A stretch of 64,000 nucleotides of DNA from contig JAEUTI010000096.1 of assembly GCA_016788065.1 (NCBI GenBank), positions 58,065 to 122,064 of the forward strand, read 5' to 3'. Positions 50,271 through 61,900 of the stretch are shown here, piece after piece. Position numbers and translations under genes: made by a program. Numbering within the stretch: the stretch's first letter is position 1; every line of letters starts with the position of its first letter. The notes under the pieces were generated by a model. It did not search any database, had not been told where the DNA came from, and worked only from the letters and a program-made list of their open reading frames with translations. This DNA is from Bacteroidia bacterium. Its GTDB lineage: Bacteria; Bacteroidota; Bacteroidia; AKYH767-A; OLB10.

Positions 50271-52028
50271 ATGAAAAAAATTCTCGTTTTAATTATCAGT
50301 GTAATTCCATTTCTCTCTGAGGCTCAAGGCACTCTGGACTGGAATCAACCAACACGCGGGGTTGCAATTGCACTCGACAACCAAAACAATTCTTATGTAA
50401 CCGATTACGATTACAATCCTGCAGGAGATATTTCACTTACCAAAAGAGATCCTCAGGGAAATCTTCTTTGGTCAACAAGCTTTAATCAAACAGACAACAC
50501 CAAATGGGAACGTGCTTCATGGGTGGAAACCGACAATGCAGGAAATGCAGTTGTGGTAGGAACTCTGATGTCAGGATATTCTAACCCTGTAGTTGCAGCA
50601 AGCATAATTATGAAATTCGATGTCAGCGGAAATCTGCTATGGCGTCAGATTTTCGATGGTCCATTCGATGGCTCATCCACCAATAAATGTATTATAGATG
50701 CTTCAAATAATATTTATGTACTTGGAACCGGAGTTGGTCCGAATGGACTAAGAACAAGAGTTAAAAAATTCGATGCAACAGGTGCTGTTTTATGGGACTA
50801 TTTTGATAATTACGGTGTTGGAGCGCCCATAAATTTCAAATTCACTCCAGATAATCATATTGTAATTGCAGGAAGAGGTGTTACCGGAAATATCAACGGT
50901 TATTCTAAAATTGATTTGAACGGAAATCATATCTGGAATGTATCACCAATAACCAGTTTTACAGTTGGTGATATTGCAGGAGATGCATTCGGAAACAGCT
51001 ACATTGTTCATGGCACTCCTACCTCAGGCGGAGGAACTATTGTAAGAAAAATAAAACCCAATGGTAACGAAATCTGGCAAAGAAATTTTACTCTGACTGC
51101 ATTCCGTATCGAAGTTGGTTCTGATAACTTTCCTGTTGTGGCAGGATTTCCGATAGCTGGTGCAGGTGCTGCCTTTGCTAAGATAAACAGCAATGGAAAT
51201 CTGATCTGGTTGAATCCTGATGCAGATGGTCCTAATATCCTGCTTCTGCATGCAATGCTTAAACTGGATCAATTCAATAATGCTTACCTGGCAGCAGGAC
51301 AATTAGGTGCTCTGGCAATTTGTAAAGTTAACAGCAATGGTAGCAATGCGTGGACCACAGTCGTTTCAGGAAGTGGTGCTGTAGGATTGGAAATTGGCAC
51401 CGATTACAACGTATATGCAGTTGGTGGGTCTACTGTACGATTGCTGCAATCATTGCCATGCATAGTCCCTGGAAACTTAACCTCATCTAATATCACGCCA
51501 ACGTCCGTTAAATTAAACTGGGCAAGTGTTCCAGGTGCCGTACAATATCAGGTATGGACCAGAAAAACCACTGCTACAACCTGGAGAAAACGAACTGTTC
51601 CTTCAACAAAAACATCCGCAACATTTACACTTTTGGATTGTGGCTCAGACTATGTGTGGAAAGTAAGAACTGTTTGCAATGCCTCACCACTAACTACTTC
51701 AGCGTGGTCAGGATTAGAAAGCTATACCACTGCAGCTTGCTTTACAGGTGGTGAAGTTGACAAAACAACCGACGCAGATTATAATTCGAGCATGGCAGTT
51801 ATATTTCCAAATCCTGCAAACGATTATACTCAAATCAGTTTTGAATCTACGGGCTTATTCCATGTTGTTTTGATGGATATGAGTGGACGGATAATAAAAG
51901 AATCAACCTATATGATTGATGAGGACCAAACTCAGCAAATAGATATCAGTAGTTTACAAAGTGGTATTTACCTGTTGCAAATCACATCAGCAAAACAATC
52001 GCAACAATACAGGCTGGTAAAACAATAA
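50271..52028 (+). CDS. Secreted beta-propeller-repeat (SBBP-like) protein with an FN3 domain and a T9SS C-terminal sorting domain
   Basis: It has a signal peptide and repeated D..GN.Y/V.G units. The FN3-like segment is SVKLNWASVPGAVQYQVW. The C-terminal Por tail is FPNPANDYTQISF...GIYLLQI. Confidence 0.7.
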   Translation: MKKILVLIISVIPFLSEAQGTLDWNQPTRGVAIALDNQNNSYVTDYDYNPAGDISLTKRDPQGNLLWSTSFNQTDNTKWERASWVETDNAGNAVVVGTLMSGYSNPVVAASIIMKFDVSGNLLWRQIFDGPFDGSSTNKCIIDASNNIYVLGTGVGPNGLRTRVKKFDATGAVLWDYFDNYGVGAPINFKFTPDNHIVIAGRGVTGNINGYSKIDLNGNHIWNVSPITSFTVGDIAGDAFGNSYIVHGTPTSGGGTIVRKIKPNGNEIWQRNFTLTAFRIEVGSDNFPVVAGFPIAGAGAAFAKINSNGNLIWLNPDADGPNILLLHAMLKLDQFNNAYLAAGQLGALAICKVNSNGSNAWTTVVSGSGAVGLEIGTDYNVYAVGGSTVRLLQSLPCIVPGNLTSSNITPTSVKLNWASVPGAVQYQVWTRKTTATTWRKRTVPSTKTSATFTLLDCGSDYVWKVRTVCNASPLTTSAWSGLESYTTAACFTGGEVDKTTDADYNSSMAVIFPNPANDYTQISFESTGLFHVVLMDMSGRIIKESTYMIDEDQTQQIDISSLQSGIYLLQITSAKQSQQYRLVKQ

Positions 52029-52048
52029 AATAGGATTATAAAATTTAG

Positions 52049-52083
52049 AAAGTGTCGGGACAATATTCCGGCACTTTTTTTTT
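52049..52083 (+). terminator. Rho-independent terminator after the T9SS cargo gene
   Basis: The AAAGTGTCGGGA/TTCCGGCACTTT stem, which includes G:U pairs, is followed by T9. Confidence 0.65.
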
Positions 52084-52723
52084 ACATTTTACAATTGCAG
52101 GAAGGCGATAAAAAAACTTTGGCGCCCGGGACCATTTCTTTGAATTTAAGATGTTGTTCTTCCGAAAACAAAATACCTCTTAATTCTAAAATTTTAAGAT
52201 TTTTCAAATTCCGGATTTCATCAGGAAGATCTTCCAGTTCATTGTCCCATAATTCCAGAACTTCCAACGCATTCAAATTTCCGATCTCGGGAGGCAAATT
52301 AGAAAGTGTATTTCTGTTTAGTGATAATTTCTTTAGCCACTTAAAACTACCAATAGCAGCCGGAACAGCAGATAGCTTATTACTGCTCAGATCAAGTTCT
52401 TCCAGGGAGGAAAGCATTGCAATAGAATCGGGAAGAACTTTAATCTTATTTCTGCTAAGATCTAAAACAAGTAAATTGGGTAGTTTATAAACACCGGGAG
52501 GAATCTGAGTAAGTTTCTTGCCACTTAAATCGAGAATATATGCTGAATCAGGATTCGCTAATGCGGCAGCAACACTCTTGTAAACTTTATAACTTGGTCT
52601 GGAATAAACCGGAAGTTCATCCTGTTGAGCGGATGCCTTGAATGAAAAAAGGAACAGCAACACCACCGATACTTTTAAAAACGGTTTCACTGGACGTAGA
52701 TTTTTGATTCTGGATGTTTGCAT
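52082..52723 (-). CDS. Secreted leucine-rich repeat (LRR) protein
   Basis: It has about 7 tandem 23-aa LxxLxxLxLxxNxLxxLP repeats after a signal peptide. The start is chosen at MQTSRIK. Confidence 0.75.
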   Translation of the reverse strand: MQTSRIKNLRPVKPFLKVSVVLLFLFSFKASAQQDELPVYSRPSYKVYKSVAAALANPDSAYILDLSGKKLTQIPPGVYKLPNLLVLDLSRNKIKVLPDSIAMLSSLEELDLSSNKLSAVPAAIGSFKWLKKLSLNRNTLSNLPPEIGNLNALEVLELWDNELEDLPDEIRNLKNLKILELRGILFSEEQHLKFKEMVPGAKVFLSPSCNCKM

Positions 52724-52755
52724 CAGGTGCTTAACGGATTTGTACTCACACAACG

Positions 52756-53733
52756 TTATTTTAAGTAATTTAATGTAAAATTAAGATCATTTTTGATTTG
52801 CCGGGTTAAATCCTCCAGCGAATTAAATTTGCGGTCTTCACGTACCCAGGCAAGCAAATGCAAAGTAACTTCAGATCCATAAATTTCCCGGTTAAAATCG
52901 AGTATAAATACTTCAATACTCAATTTACCGGCGGATTCAAGAGTCGGTCTTCGGCCGATACTTAACATTCCATAAAATTCATCAGAACCTATATCTACCT
53001 TAGTAACATAAACACCTTCAGAGGGGATGAGTTTATAATTTTCTGCAATTTGAAGGTTAGCAGTTGGGAAACCAATGGTTCGCCCAATCTTATTTCCCTG
53101 CACAACTGTACCTGTTAGGGTGTATGGGCGACCAAGAAATGCCGCTGCAGTAGCCACATCGCCTCTTTTCAGCGACTTTCTGATTTGAGTAGAGCTCACT
53201 GCTATCTCATTTACATCCTGTTCCGGGATCTGTTCAACCTCAAATCCACATTCAGGTGCGAATTTGAGTAAATCATCAATTGAACCTTCCCGGTTTTTAC
53301 CAAAACGATGGTCGTAACCTATTATCAGCACTTTAGTCTTTAGCTTTTCAACCAAGATTTTACGGATAAATTCTTCCGAAGAAATCTCAGCAAATGTTGC
53401 ATCAAAAGGCAAAATCAATAAATTATCAATTCCTTCCTGCTCAAGCAGAGCTTGTTTCTCACGAATTGTATTGAGCAATTCGATCCCATGTTCTTCAGGA
53501 TATAAAATCATTCGGGGATGAGGAAAAAAAGTCAAAATCAATGAGCTGCCATTAATTTCAGAAGCTTTTTGCTTCACCCTTTGAATAAGTTGCTGATGAC
53601 CAAAATGAACGCCATCAAAAGTCCCAATTGTAACTACCACGTTTTCAATTGGTTGAAATTCGTCCAGACTATTAAATATCTTCACTTTGTGATTGCTGAA
53701 ATTAATTTTGAAAACATTGGCAAAATACTGCAA
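52756..53733 (-). CDS. ribF: Bifunctional riboflavin kinase / FAD synthetase
   Basis: It has VVTIGTFDGVHFGHQ, PTANL and a C-terminal kinase domain. The true start may be the internal GTG near 53685. Confidence 0.9.
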   Translation of the reverse strand: MQYFANVFKINFSNHKVKIFNSLDEFQPIENVVVTIGTFDGVHFGHQQLIQRVKQKASEINGSSLILTFFPHPRMILYPEEHGIELLNTIREKQALLEQEGIDNLLILPFDATFAEISSEEFIRKILVEKLKTKVLIIGYDHRFGKNREGSIDDLLKFAPECGFEVEQIPEQDVNEIAVSSTQIRKSLKRGDVATAAAFLGRPYTLTGTVVQGNKIGRTIGFPTANLQIAENYKLIPSEGVYVTKVDIGSDEFYGMLSIGRRPTLESAGKLSIEVFILDFNREIYGSEVTLHLLAWVREDRKFNSLEDLTRQIKNDLNFTLNYLK

Positions 53734-53831
53734 TTCAACTAATTAATCATTAATTTTTTAAAAAAATATATTTTTTATTAACAAATTGATTTTTAGCTGT
53801 TGTTTTATGATGTTTTAACAGATTTAAGTAG

Positions 53832-53839
53832 TACTTTTG
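53832..53839 (+). promoter_or_regulatory. Bacteroidota -7 promoter box TACTTTTG upstream of atpD
   Basis: This is an exact TAnnTTTG match. Confidence 0.45.
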
Positions 53840-53873
53840 CGCTCGCAAATCTAAAAATTCCAAACTACAATAA

Positions 53874-55391
<1,518 letters not shown>

Positions 55392-55424
55392 TTCACATAA
55401 TTAAAGTCTATAATTAATCAGCAG

Positions 55425-55664
55425 ATGTTTCTAGAAATTATAACACCCGATAAAAAAGTGTTTGCAGGTGAAGTCACTTCAGTGATGGTTCCCGGAGCAA
55501 AAGGTCAGTTTCAGGTTCTTAAAAACCACGCTCCTATCATCTCTACCTTGATTAATGGTAAAGTAAAAGTAAAAACTGCATCAGGAACACAAAATTTTGA
55601 TGTAAAAGGTGGTGTGATTGAAGTGTTGAAAAATAAAGTAATTGTTCTCGCCGAATCTGTCTGA
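55425..55664 (+). CDS. atpC: F1 ATP synthase epsilon subunit (short form, N-terminal beta-sandwich only)
   Basis: It is 79 aa and sits directly after atpD, with LEIITPDK.VF.GEV..V.VPG..G.F.VL.NHAP. Confidence 0.85.
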   Translation: MFLEIITPDKKVFAGEVTSVMVPGAKGQFQVLKNHAPIISTLINGKVKVKTASGTQNFDVKGGVIEVLKNKVIVLAESV

Positions 55665-55686
55665 TACAACAACTAATTAAAAATCA

Positions 55687-55717
55687 AAAGGCTGCAAAAT
55701 TCAAATGCAGCCTTTTT
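55687..55717 (+). terminator. Rho-independent terminator after atpC
   Basis: The AAAGGCTGCA/TGCAGCCTTT stem is followed by a T-run. Confidence 0.75.
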
Positions 55718-55865
55718 GATTTTAACATCATTCTTAATATACCAGAATTCACTTTAGTTATATTTAATTCACAATACCTGAAGCTTGAATTTCCGGTAAA
55801 TAAATTTAGTACTTTCGCTATAGAACTTATCGACTGACTTACATTTTATCTACCACTGTATTCCC

Positions 55866-57005
55866 ATGAAAAAAATACTGTCATCTGTACTTCTTATTAC
55901 AATTTCTACATTGGTATCCTTAGTACTGGCGGAAGTTGCATGTCATTATATTTTAAACCCCGTTGATTACCTCACCCCTGATCGCGAAGCTGATGCTATT
56001 TTGAGATATAAAATATTACCAGGATCGGGCGGACATGATGAATGGGGATTCAGAAATAAAGAAGTTCCTGAAAAGGCTTCAGTGGTTGTCATTGGCGATT
56101 CTCAATCATATGGCTACAACGCTACTCTTGACTTCTCCTACCCTGCCCAACTAGGTAAATTGTTGAATAAAACAGTTTATAACCTATCGCTAGGCGGATA
56201 TGGTCCGGTTCAGTATGATTACCTGTTATCAAATTATGCAATAAAACTTAAACCCGAATATGTAGTTGCAGGACTTTACTTTGGAAACGATATTGCAGAT
56301 GCCTACAATACCGCATACACACTTGATCACTGGAAAAGTTTAAGGTCAGCCAACCTGATTGACACAGAAGAAGGTCCGGAAACATCAATGGATGATGAAC
56401 TGATCAAAAAGAAAAAAAAGGGTGTAGTTGCTGATATCAGACATTGGCTTGCAGGAAACAGTATACTTTATCAGATATTAACCAAAGTAGTTTTCAAAAA
56501 CCTGGGAAGTATGGGGGCAGCAAAAAACGCTGATACTGAAAAGTCAGTTCCATTCAAAAATGAAAAATTAAAAGTGGAAAAAATATTGACTCCGCAAGCA
56601 AGATTTCGTACATTGGATACAACACGAACAAAAATCAATGAAGGACTGCGAATTACCCTTGACAGATTGAATGCAATGGCTGTAACCTGCAAATCAAACA
56701 ATATTAAATTTATGGTTTTGTACATTCCAACAGCTGAATATGTGCTTTCAGACTATTTCAATGGAAGCGTCGACAATCAGGCTCTTGACAATTTACAGAA
56801 ATTGGTGAATGCAGAAAATTATATGCGCTCTGTGGTGAGCGCAAGTCTTGCAGCTTCAAATGTTCCGGTAATTGATGGTGCGGAAGCGCTTAAATCTAAA
56901 TTAGGAATAGTCCCTGGCATTTATTTACCCGGACCGGACGGCCATCCAACAGCCTCAGGATATGGTATTCTATCAGAAACATTGGCAAAAAAAATAGCCC
57001 AATAA
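55866..57005 (+). CDS. Membrane-anchored SGNH/GDSL-like hydrolase
   Basis: It has an N-terminal TM anchor and a block I-like VVVIGDSQSYGY motif. The C-terminal GPDGHPTASGY resembles the block V DxxH motif. Confidence 0.55.
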   Translation: MKKILSSVLLITISTLVSLVLAEVACHYILNPVDYLTPDREADAILRYKILPGSGGHDEWGFRNKEVPEKASVVVIGDSQSYGYNATLDFSYPAQLGKLLNKTVYNLSLGGYGPVQYDYLLSNYAIKLKPEYVVAGLYFGNDIADAYNTAYTLDHWKSLRSANLIDTEEGPETSMDDELIKKKKKGVVADIRHWLAGNSILYQILTKVVFKNLGSMGAAKNADTEKSVPFKNEKLKVEKILTPQARFRTLDTTRTKINEGLRITLDRLNAMAVTCKSNNIKFMVLYIPTAEYVLSDYFNGSVDNQALDNLQKLVNAENYMRSVVSASLAASNVPVIDGAEALKSKLGIVPGIYLPGPDGHPTASGYGILSETLAKKIAQ

Positions 57006-57008
57006 TTG

Positions 57009-59072
57009 TTAGTTTACTTTAACGAATTTACTTCGAATGGGCTTTCCTTTCGAATCGAAACCATTTATAAAATAAACACCGGCAGGCAAAGAGGAAATAT
57101 CAATTTGCAGAATTTTATCACTCACTTCGTATGGCGCATCTACCGCACTTCCTAATGCGGATGTGATATAGAATTCGAGATTATTTCCAACTTCAAACTT
57201 ATTAAACTTTAAGGAAACAACCGATGTTGCCGGATCCGGATACGTCATTAATAGGTCATTTGTGGCCAATTCATTCAGTGATGTATTCACACAATTACCG
57301 GGCAAATTAGCATCCATAAATTGGATGCGTTGAGTTATCCAACTTTTTAAATTTGCTATTTCACCCTGATAAGTTGTGGGAATAGGTGAAGGATTTGGCC
57401 AGACATACACTCCCAGTATGGGATAAATAAAATATTGCCGGTCTTTTGATTCATCCAGTAAAAATGCAATACTGTCGATGTAGGCAAAAATATGTGTGGT
57501 ATCAAATACTGTTGTACGCAATTCATCCCAACGACATCGAACATTATTATTGAAGGTGCTGTCAGATGCTAACCGGCGCCACCAAAAAGGGAAATCCCAT
57601 TGACAAAAATCAGTAAACAGATATGCCCAACCGCCGGTGGCTTCATTATCACAATAGTTGGCATTATGCCAGGCAAGATTAAAATCCCAAAGCGGGCCCA
57701 TTTGAATTTTACCGCCATTGGAGTCTTTATTTTTATGAAAAAATGCACTTAAACGGTACCCATCTACATTCTTACTGATTTCATTCATTAAAAAATAATC
57801 AATAAATGAACCTTCATCACCATATTGCCTCCACCCTATGTTGGGGTCTGCATAATTTGCTGATGATAACGCCGTCTCAAAACTATCTACATATTGCTGA
57901 ATGTAACTTTTTTGCACAGGCAAGATATCATCATCCTGTGGATAGATATATTGATAATATATAGTATTATTCCCCGGATTTGTTGGATCAGGTGGAAAAT
58001 TTGAAAACCATCCATCCTGATCTATCCAGTCGAGTGAGCAAATATACCCTCCGGTTAATTCATCACCGGTTGTATCAACTTCGGTCAATCCGGAAATTGC
58101 AACTCTGTTATTATCACGTTTTATTTTTTCGAAGAAAGTATAAACGCCCATGTATTCATTATTGATTAAAACCTCACAATAGCGACTGCGGGATGCATAT
58201 CTGCCCATATCACGTCCTAAAGTATAAGTCAATGAATTTCTCATCATTGTTTTATCATTATATGGAGCATACAGCACCCAATCGTTTTCAGCAGGCATAC
58301 CAAGAATAGCAGCATTCCTGTTATCTCCGGCACTGTCGCGGGTTTCAATACCATATTGCTTTTGCGGAAAAGACAAAGAACTTTGTCCACGTAAATCAAT
58401 ACCTATATAACCGCTGTAATTGTTAGCACTATCAGAAACATAATTTCTGACACCGGGTCCATTATCAATAATTTCCATCCAGGCTGTAATTTTCGGAGAA
58501 TCCACAATAGACTGACCGGAAGTATTAATTTTTACAATGGGCAAATTTGAAGATTGGAAAACAAAAGGAATTGCAGGATCATTTCCAAAAGTTATGTTCC
58601 AATTCAATACTGCACCCTGATCAGCAAAAGGATAAGTATCTAAAATGTGAAGTGTCCATATTCCATTGGGATTTTGTCCGTTATTAATTTGTCCGAGTTG
58701 CCCTTGTGGCCTGAACTGTCCCGTAAACGGTGCACTACCCGAAACAATGGATGTAGTGGCTGTGGCGCTGAAACAGGTTCCGATGAAATTATTTCCTCCA
58801 CCACCATTTCCGGCGGTGAGTATAACAGAAGTACCGTCGGGAGCAATGAGTCTGATATCAAGATCCTCATCATAAGTGTGTAAAATATTAAAACATACAC
58901 TTTCTATACCAAAATTTACCGTATCGATTACAGTTGGTAATCCGGAAACGGAAATTGTAAAATCAACACTGGTGCCATCGTCCGGAATAGCTCCTCCTGT
59001 GCCATTAAAGGTTTGACTATAGGAATTCGAAATCCCTGAAAGCAAAAGAAGAGAAAGCAGCAATCTTTTCAT
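57009..59072 (-). CDS. CotH-family protein with an N-terminal proprotein-convertase P-domain and a T9SS C-terminal sorting domain
   Basis: The P-domain-like region is HTYDEDLDIRLIAPDGTSVIL...GIWTLHILD. The CotH-like core is NNEYMGVYTFFEKIKRDNNRV. The C-terminal Por tail is YPDPATSVVSLKF...GVYFING. Confidence 0.7.
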   Translation of the reverse strand: MKRLLLSLLLLSGISNSYSQTFNGTGGAIPDDGTSVDFTISVSGLPTVIDTVNFGIESVCFNILHTYDEDLDIRLIAPDGTSVILTAGNGGGGNNFIGTCFSATATTSIVSGSAPFTGQFRPQGQLGQINNGQNPNGIWTLHILDTYPFADQGAVLNWNITFGNDPAIPFVFQSSNLPIVKINTSGQSIVDSPKITAWMEIIDNGPGVRNYVSDSANNYSGYIGIDLRGQSSLSFPQKQYGIETRDSAGDNRNAAILGMPAENDWVLYAPYNDKTMMRNSLTYTLGRDMGRYASRSRYCEVLINNEYMGVYTFFEKIKRDNNRVAISGLTEVDTTGDELTGGYICSLDWIDQDGWFSNFPPDPTNPGNNTIYYQYIYPQDDDILPVQKSYIQQYVDSFETALSSANYADPNIGWRQYGDEGSFIDYFLMNEISKNVDGYRLSAFFHKNKDSNGGKIQMGPLWDFNLAWHNANYCDNEATGGWAYLFTDFCQWDFPFWWRRLASDSTFNNNVRCRWDELRTTVFDTTHIFAYIDSIAFLLDESKDRQYFIYPILGVYVWPNPSPIPTTYQGEIANLKSWITQRIQFMDANLPGNCVNTSLNELATNDLLMTYPDPATSVVSLKFNKFEVGNNLEFYITSALGSAVDAPYEVSDKILQIDISSLPAGVYFINGFDSKGKPIRSKFVKVN

Positions 59073-59107
59073 ATATAAACAGCTCTTGTATTTCTTGTTA
59101 TGGGAAA

Positions 59108-59434
59108 TTATTTTAGTTTGTCATTACCAGCATGTCTTTCCTGATCACGCACTGTTTTTTTTGCCAGATTTTTTGCCAATGCATCTGAAAGATTTACTCC
59201 GGTTTGATTCGCAAGGCAAATGAGAACAAATAACACATCTGCCATTTCATCTTCTAATTCACGATCTTTATCAGATTCTTTAAACGATTGTTCACCATAA
59301 GTTCTGGCAATGATCCGTGCCAATTCACCTACCTCTTCCGTAAGAAGTGCCATATTGGTAAGTTCATTAAAGTATCTTACTCCGTAGGTTTTAATCCACG
59401 TATCGACTTGTTGCTGGGCAAGAGTTAGCTCCAT
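59108..59434 (-). CDS. Small MazG-like nucleotide pyrophosphohydrolase
   Basis: It is 108 aa with EEVGELARII and EDEMADVLFVLICLAN motifs. Confidence 0.8.
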   Translation of the reverse strand: MELTLAQQQVDTWIKTYGVRYFNELTNMALLTEEVGELARIIARTYGEQSFKESDKDRELEDEMADVLFVLICLANQTGVNLSDALAKNLAKKTVRDQERHAGNDKLK

Positions 59435-59461
59435 GATAACAAAAGTTAATAATCAGTTGTT

Positions 59462-59914
59462 TTAATTTTTTTCCAAAGTATCAATAATTATGGTTACTGG
59501 TCCATCATTCACCAATGCAACCTGCATATCGGCTCCAAATTCACCTGACTGCACTTTTTTATTGGCAACTTCACCTAACGTTTTGAGGAAATGTTCATAC
59601 AAAGGAATTGCCTGTTCCGGTCGCGCAGCTCTTATGTAGGAAGGTCGGTTACCTTTGGCAGTTTCAGCATGAAGTGTAAACTGACTTACTACCAGGTACT
59701 CCCCATCTATTTCGGTATTCGATAAATTCATTACACCATCTGAATCTGCAAAAATCCGAAGCCTTGATATTTTACCGCATATTTTCTCCATACCATCCAT
59801 GGTATCAGCAGCTTCAAAGCCAACTAAAATCAACATCCCCTTTTGAATGGATGCAATTACTTTATCGTTTACTGTTACCGAAGCTGATGAAACCCGTTGA
59901 ATTACCAATCGCAT
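59462..59914 (-). CDS. dtd: D-aminoacyl-tRNA deacylase
   Basis: It has MRLVIQRV, SQFTLHA and a GPVT motif near the C-terminus. Confidence 0.93.
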   Translation of the reverse strand: MRLVIQRVSSASVTVNDKVIASIQKGMLILVGFEAADTMDGMEKICGKISRLRIFADSDGVMNLSNTEIDGEYLVVSQFTLHAETAKGNRPSYIRAARPEQAIPLYEHFLKTLGEVANKKVQSGEFGADMQVALVNDGPVTIIIDTLEKN

Positions 59915-59951
59915 AATTTGAAAATAAAGGATTCAGTTAAGACTTACATTT

Positions 59952-60872
59952 TTAGCGAAAAATATCTTCATTATTTAATATACTGATATAACTGGCATAC
60001 CTGGTCAGTGAAATTTTGGAGTCTTCAATAGCTTCCAATACCGCACAACCTTTTTCATTTGTATGAAGACAGTTATTGTATTTACATCCGGAAGCATATT
60101 TAAATATCTCCGGAAAGAAATGGGAAACTTGAAATTTATCAAAGTCCAATGTTCCGAACTCTCTGATCCCGGGGGTATCAATTAAATAGCCTCCTTCCGG
60201 CAACAAATGCATCTCTGCAAAAGTGGTGGTATGCTTGCCCTTGCTGTGTTGTTTTGAAATTGCCGAAGTCTTTAATTCCAGCCCGGGAATCAGCTGATTG
60301 ATGAGTGTTGATTTACCCGTACCTGAATGCCCTGAAAACAAAGTAATTTTACCCTGCAATGCAGCTTTTAAAACCGAAAGAGTTTCTGCATCAAGGGCAG
60401 AAACTACAAAAGTGAGATATCCCACCGATTTATACATTTGACACAATTCATCCACATACTCCTTAACATCTGAATCATATAAATCAGATTTGTTGAATAT
60501 CACTCCTGCCGGAATGTTGTATGCTTCAGCGGTTGCGAGGAATCGGTCTATAAAACCTGTTGATGTGCGGGGCGAGAGAGGCGTTGCTACCACTAATGCC
60601 AAATCGAGATTGGCAGCAATAATATGTGCCTGATGAGAAAGATTAACCGATTTTCGAATAATGTAATTCTTTCTTTCCAAAACTTCGCTGATCATCCCAT
60701 CCAACTCGGTACCTTCCTTTTCAAACAAAACCCTGTCACCAACTGAAACAGGATTTGTGGTATTAATGCCCATAATCCGCATTTTACCCTTCACCCTGCA
60801 GCGGTAAATCACCCCGGCTTCATCAATTACCTGATAAAAGCTACCTGTCGATTTTAGTACGAGTCCGTTCAT
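59952..60872 (-). CDS. rsgA: Ribosome small-subunit-dependent GTPase A
   Basis: It has an OB-fold N-terminus, a circularly permuted GTPase (NKSDL ... GHSGTGKSTLIN) and a C-terminal zinc knuckle (CKYNNCLHTNEKGC). Confidence 0.9.
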   Translation of the reverse strand: MNGLVLKSTGSFYQVIDEAGVIYRCRVKGKMRIMGINTTNPVSVGDRVLFEKEGTELDGMISEVLERKNYIIRKSVNLSHQAHIIAANLDLALVVATPLSPRTSTGFIDRFLATAEAYNIPAGVIFNKSDLYDSDVKEYVDELCQMYKSVGYLTFVVSALDAETLSVLKAALQGKITLFSGHSGTGKSTLINQLIPGLELKTSAISKQHSKGKHTTTFAEMHLLPEGGYLIDTPGIREFGTLDFDKFQVSHFFPEIFKYASGCKYNNCLHTNEKGCAVLEAIEDSKISLTRYASYISILNNEDIFR

Positions 60873-60953
60873 AATTGCTACAATGTTACGAAAATAGGAA
60901 GGATCTTCGGTAAATGATCGAAAATTGAATATTCAGCAATACATTCTATTTCC

Positions 60954-60961
60954 TACCTTTG
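60954..60961 (+). promoter_or_regulatory. Bacteroidota -7 promoter box TACCTTTG upstream of gldA
   Basis: This is an exact TAnnTTTG match, 18 nt before the ATG. Confidence 0.45.
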
Positions 60962-60978
60962 CCCTATAACCCTGAATT

Positions 60979-61896
60979 ATGTCAGTTAAAGTTAATGCGA
61001 TTTCCAAAATTTACGGCACCCAAAAGGCACTCGATCAGGTTAGTTTCGAAATAGGATCCGGTCAGGTTATAGGATTTTTAGGACCTAACGGAGCGGGGAA
61101 ATCTACCATGATGAAAATCATCAGCTGCTATATTCCACAAAATTCCGGAACGGTTACCGTAAATGGTTTTGATACAGTTGAACAATCGATTGAAGTTCGT
61201 AAGCTGGTAGGTTATTTGCCTGAGCATAATCCCCTTTATCTGGATATGTATGTAAAGGAATACCTGACTTTCATTGCCGGATTACATATGAAGCAGGCAC
61301 AGGTTAGTAAAAGTGTGAGCGATATGGTTGACCTCACCGGCCTGGGACCGGAACAAAAAAAGAAAATCGGTGCTCTTTCCAAAGGATATCGTCAGCGGGT
61401 AGGTCTGGCTCAAGCAATGATTCATAATCCCGAGGTCTTAATTCTGGATGAACCTACATCGGGTCTTGATCCGAATCAGTTGGTTGATATCAGGGCTTTG
61501 ATTTCTGATATTGGAAAACAAAAAACCGTAATTCTTTCAACGCATATTATGCAGGAAGTGGAAGCAATTTGTAACCGGGTAATTATCATTAATAAAGGCA
61601 AAATTGTAGCTGACGATAAAACAGAAGTGATTCAGCAAAAAACACAACCAAACAGCACGCTGGAAGTGGAATTTGAGTCAGAGGTAAGTGTGGCCTTGTT
61701 AAAAACACTTCCGGGTGTAAGCAGAATTGAATCGCAGGGAACAAACAAATTCAAATTGATTAGTCCGGCCGGAACCGATTTAAGAAGTGATCTTTTCGCA
61801 TTTGCCGTTGCTAATAATCTGAAAGTGTTGACACTCCAAAAAACGGAAAGTTCTTTGGAAGATGTCTTTCACCAACTCACTTCAGGTAAAAACTGA
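60979..61896 (+). CDS. gldA: Gliding-motility-associated ABC transporter ATP-binding protein GldA
   Basis: It is an ABC ATPase (GPNGAGKST, LSKGYRQRV, ILDEPTSGLD) with the GldA-like stretch GYLPEHNPLYLDMYVKEYL and is about 300 aa. gldF and gldG are not adjacent. Confidence 0.7.
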   Translation: MSVKVNAISKIYGTQKALDQVSFEIGSGQVIGFLGPNGAGKSTMMKIISCYIPQNSGTVTVNGFDTVEQSIEVRKLVGYLPEHNPLYLDMYVKEYLTFIAGLHMKQAQVSKSVSDMVDLTGLGPEQKKKIGALSKGYRQRVGLAQAMIHNPEVLILDEPTSGLDPNQLVDIRALISDIGKQKTVILSTHIMQEVEAICNRVIIINKGKIVADDKTEVIQQKTQPNSTLEVEFESEVSVALLKTLPGVSRIESQGTNKFKLISPAGTDLRSDLFAFAVANNLKVLTLQKTESSLEDVFHQLTSGKN

Positions 61897-61900
61897 TTCA

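Noticed and set aside
52095-52490. A 131-aa ORF antisense to the LRR gene
   Set aside because: Periodic LRR-coding DNA commonly yields long stop-free antisense frames. The translation is low-complexity (Ser/Leu/Arg-rich) with no recognisable start context.
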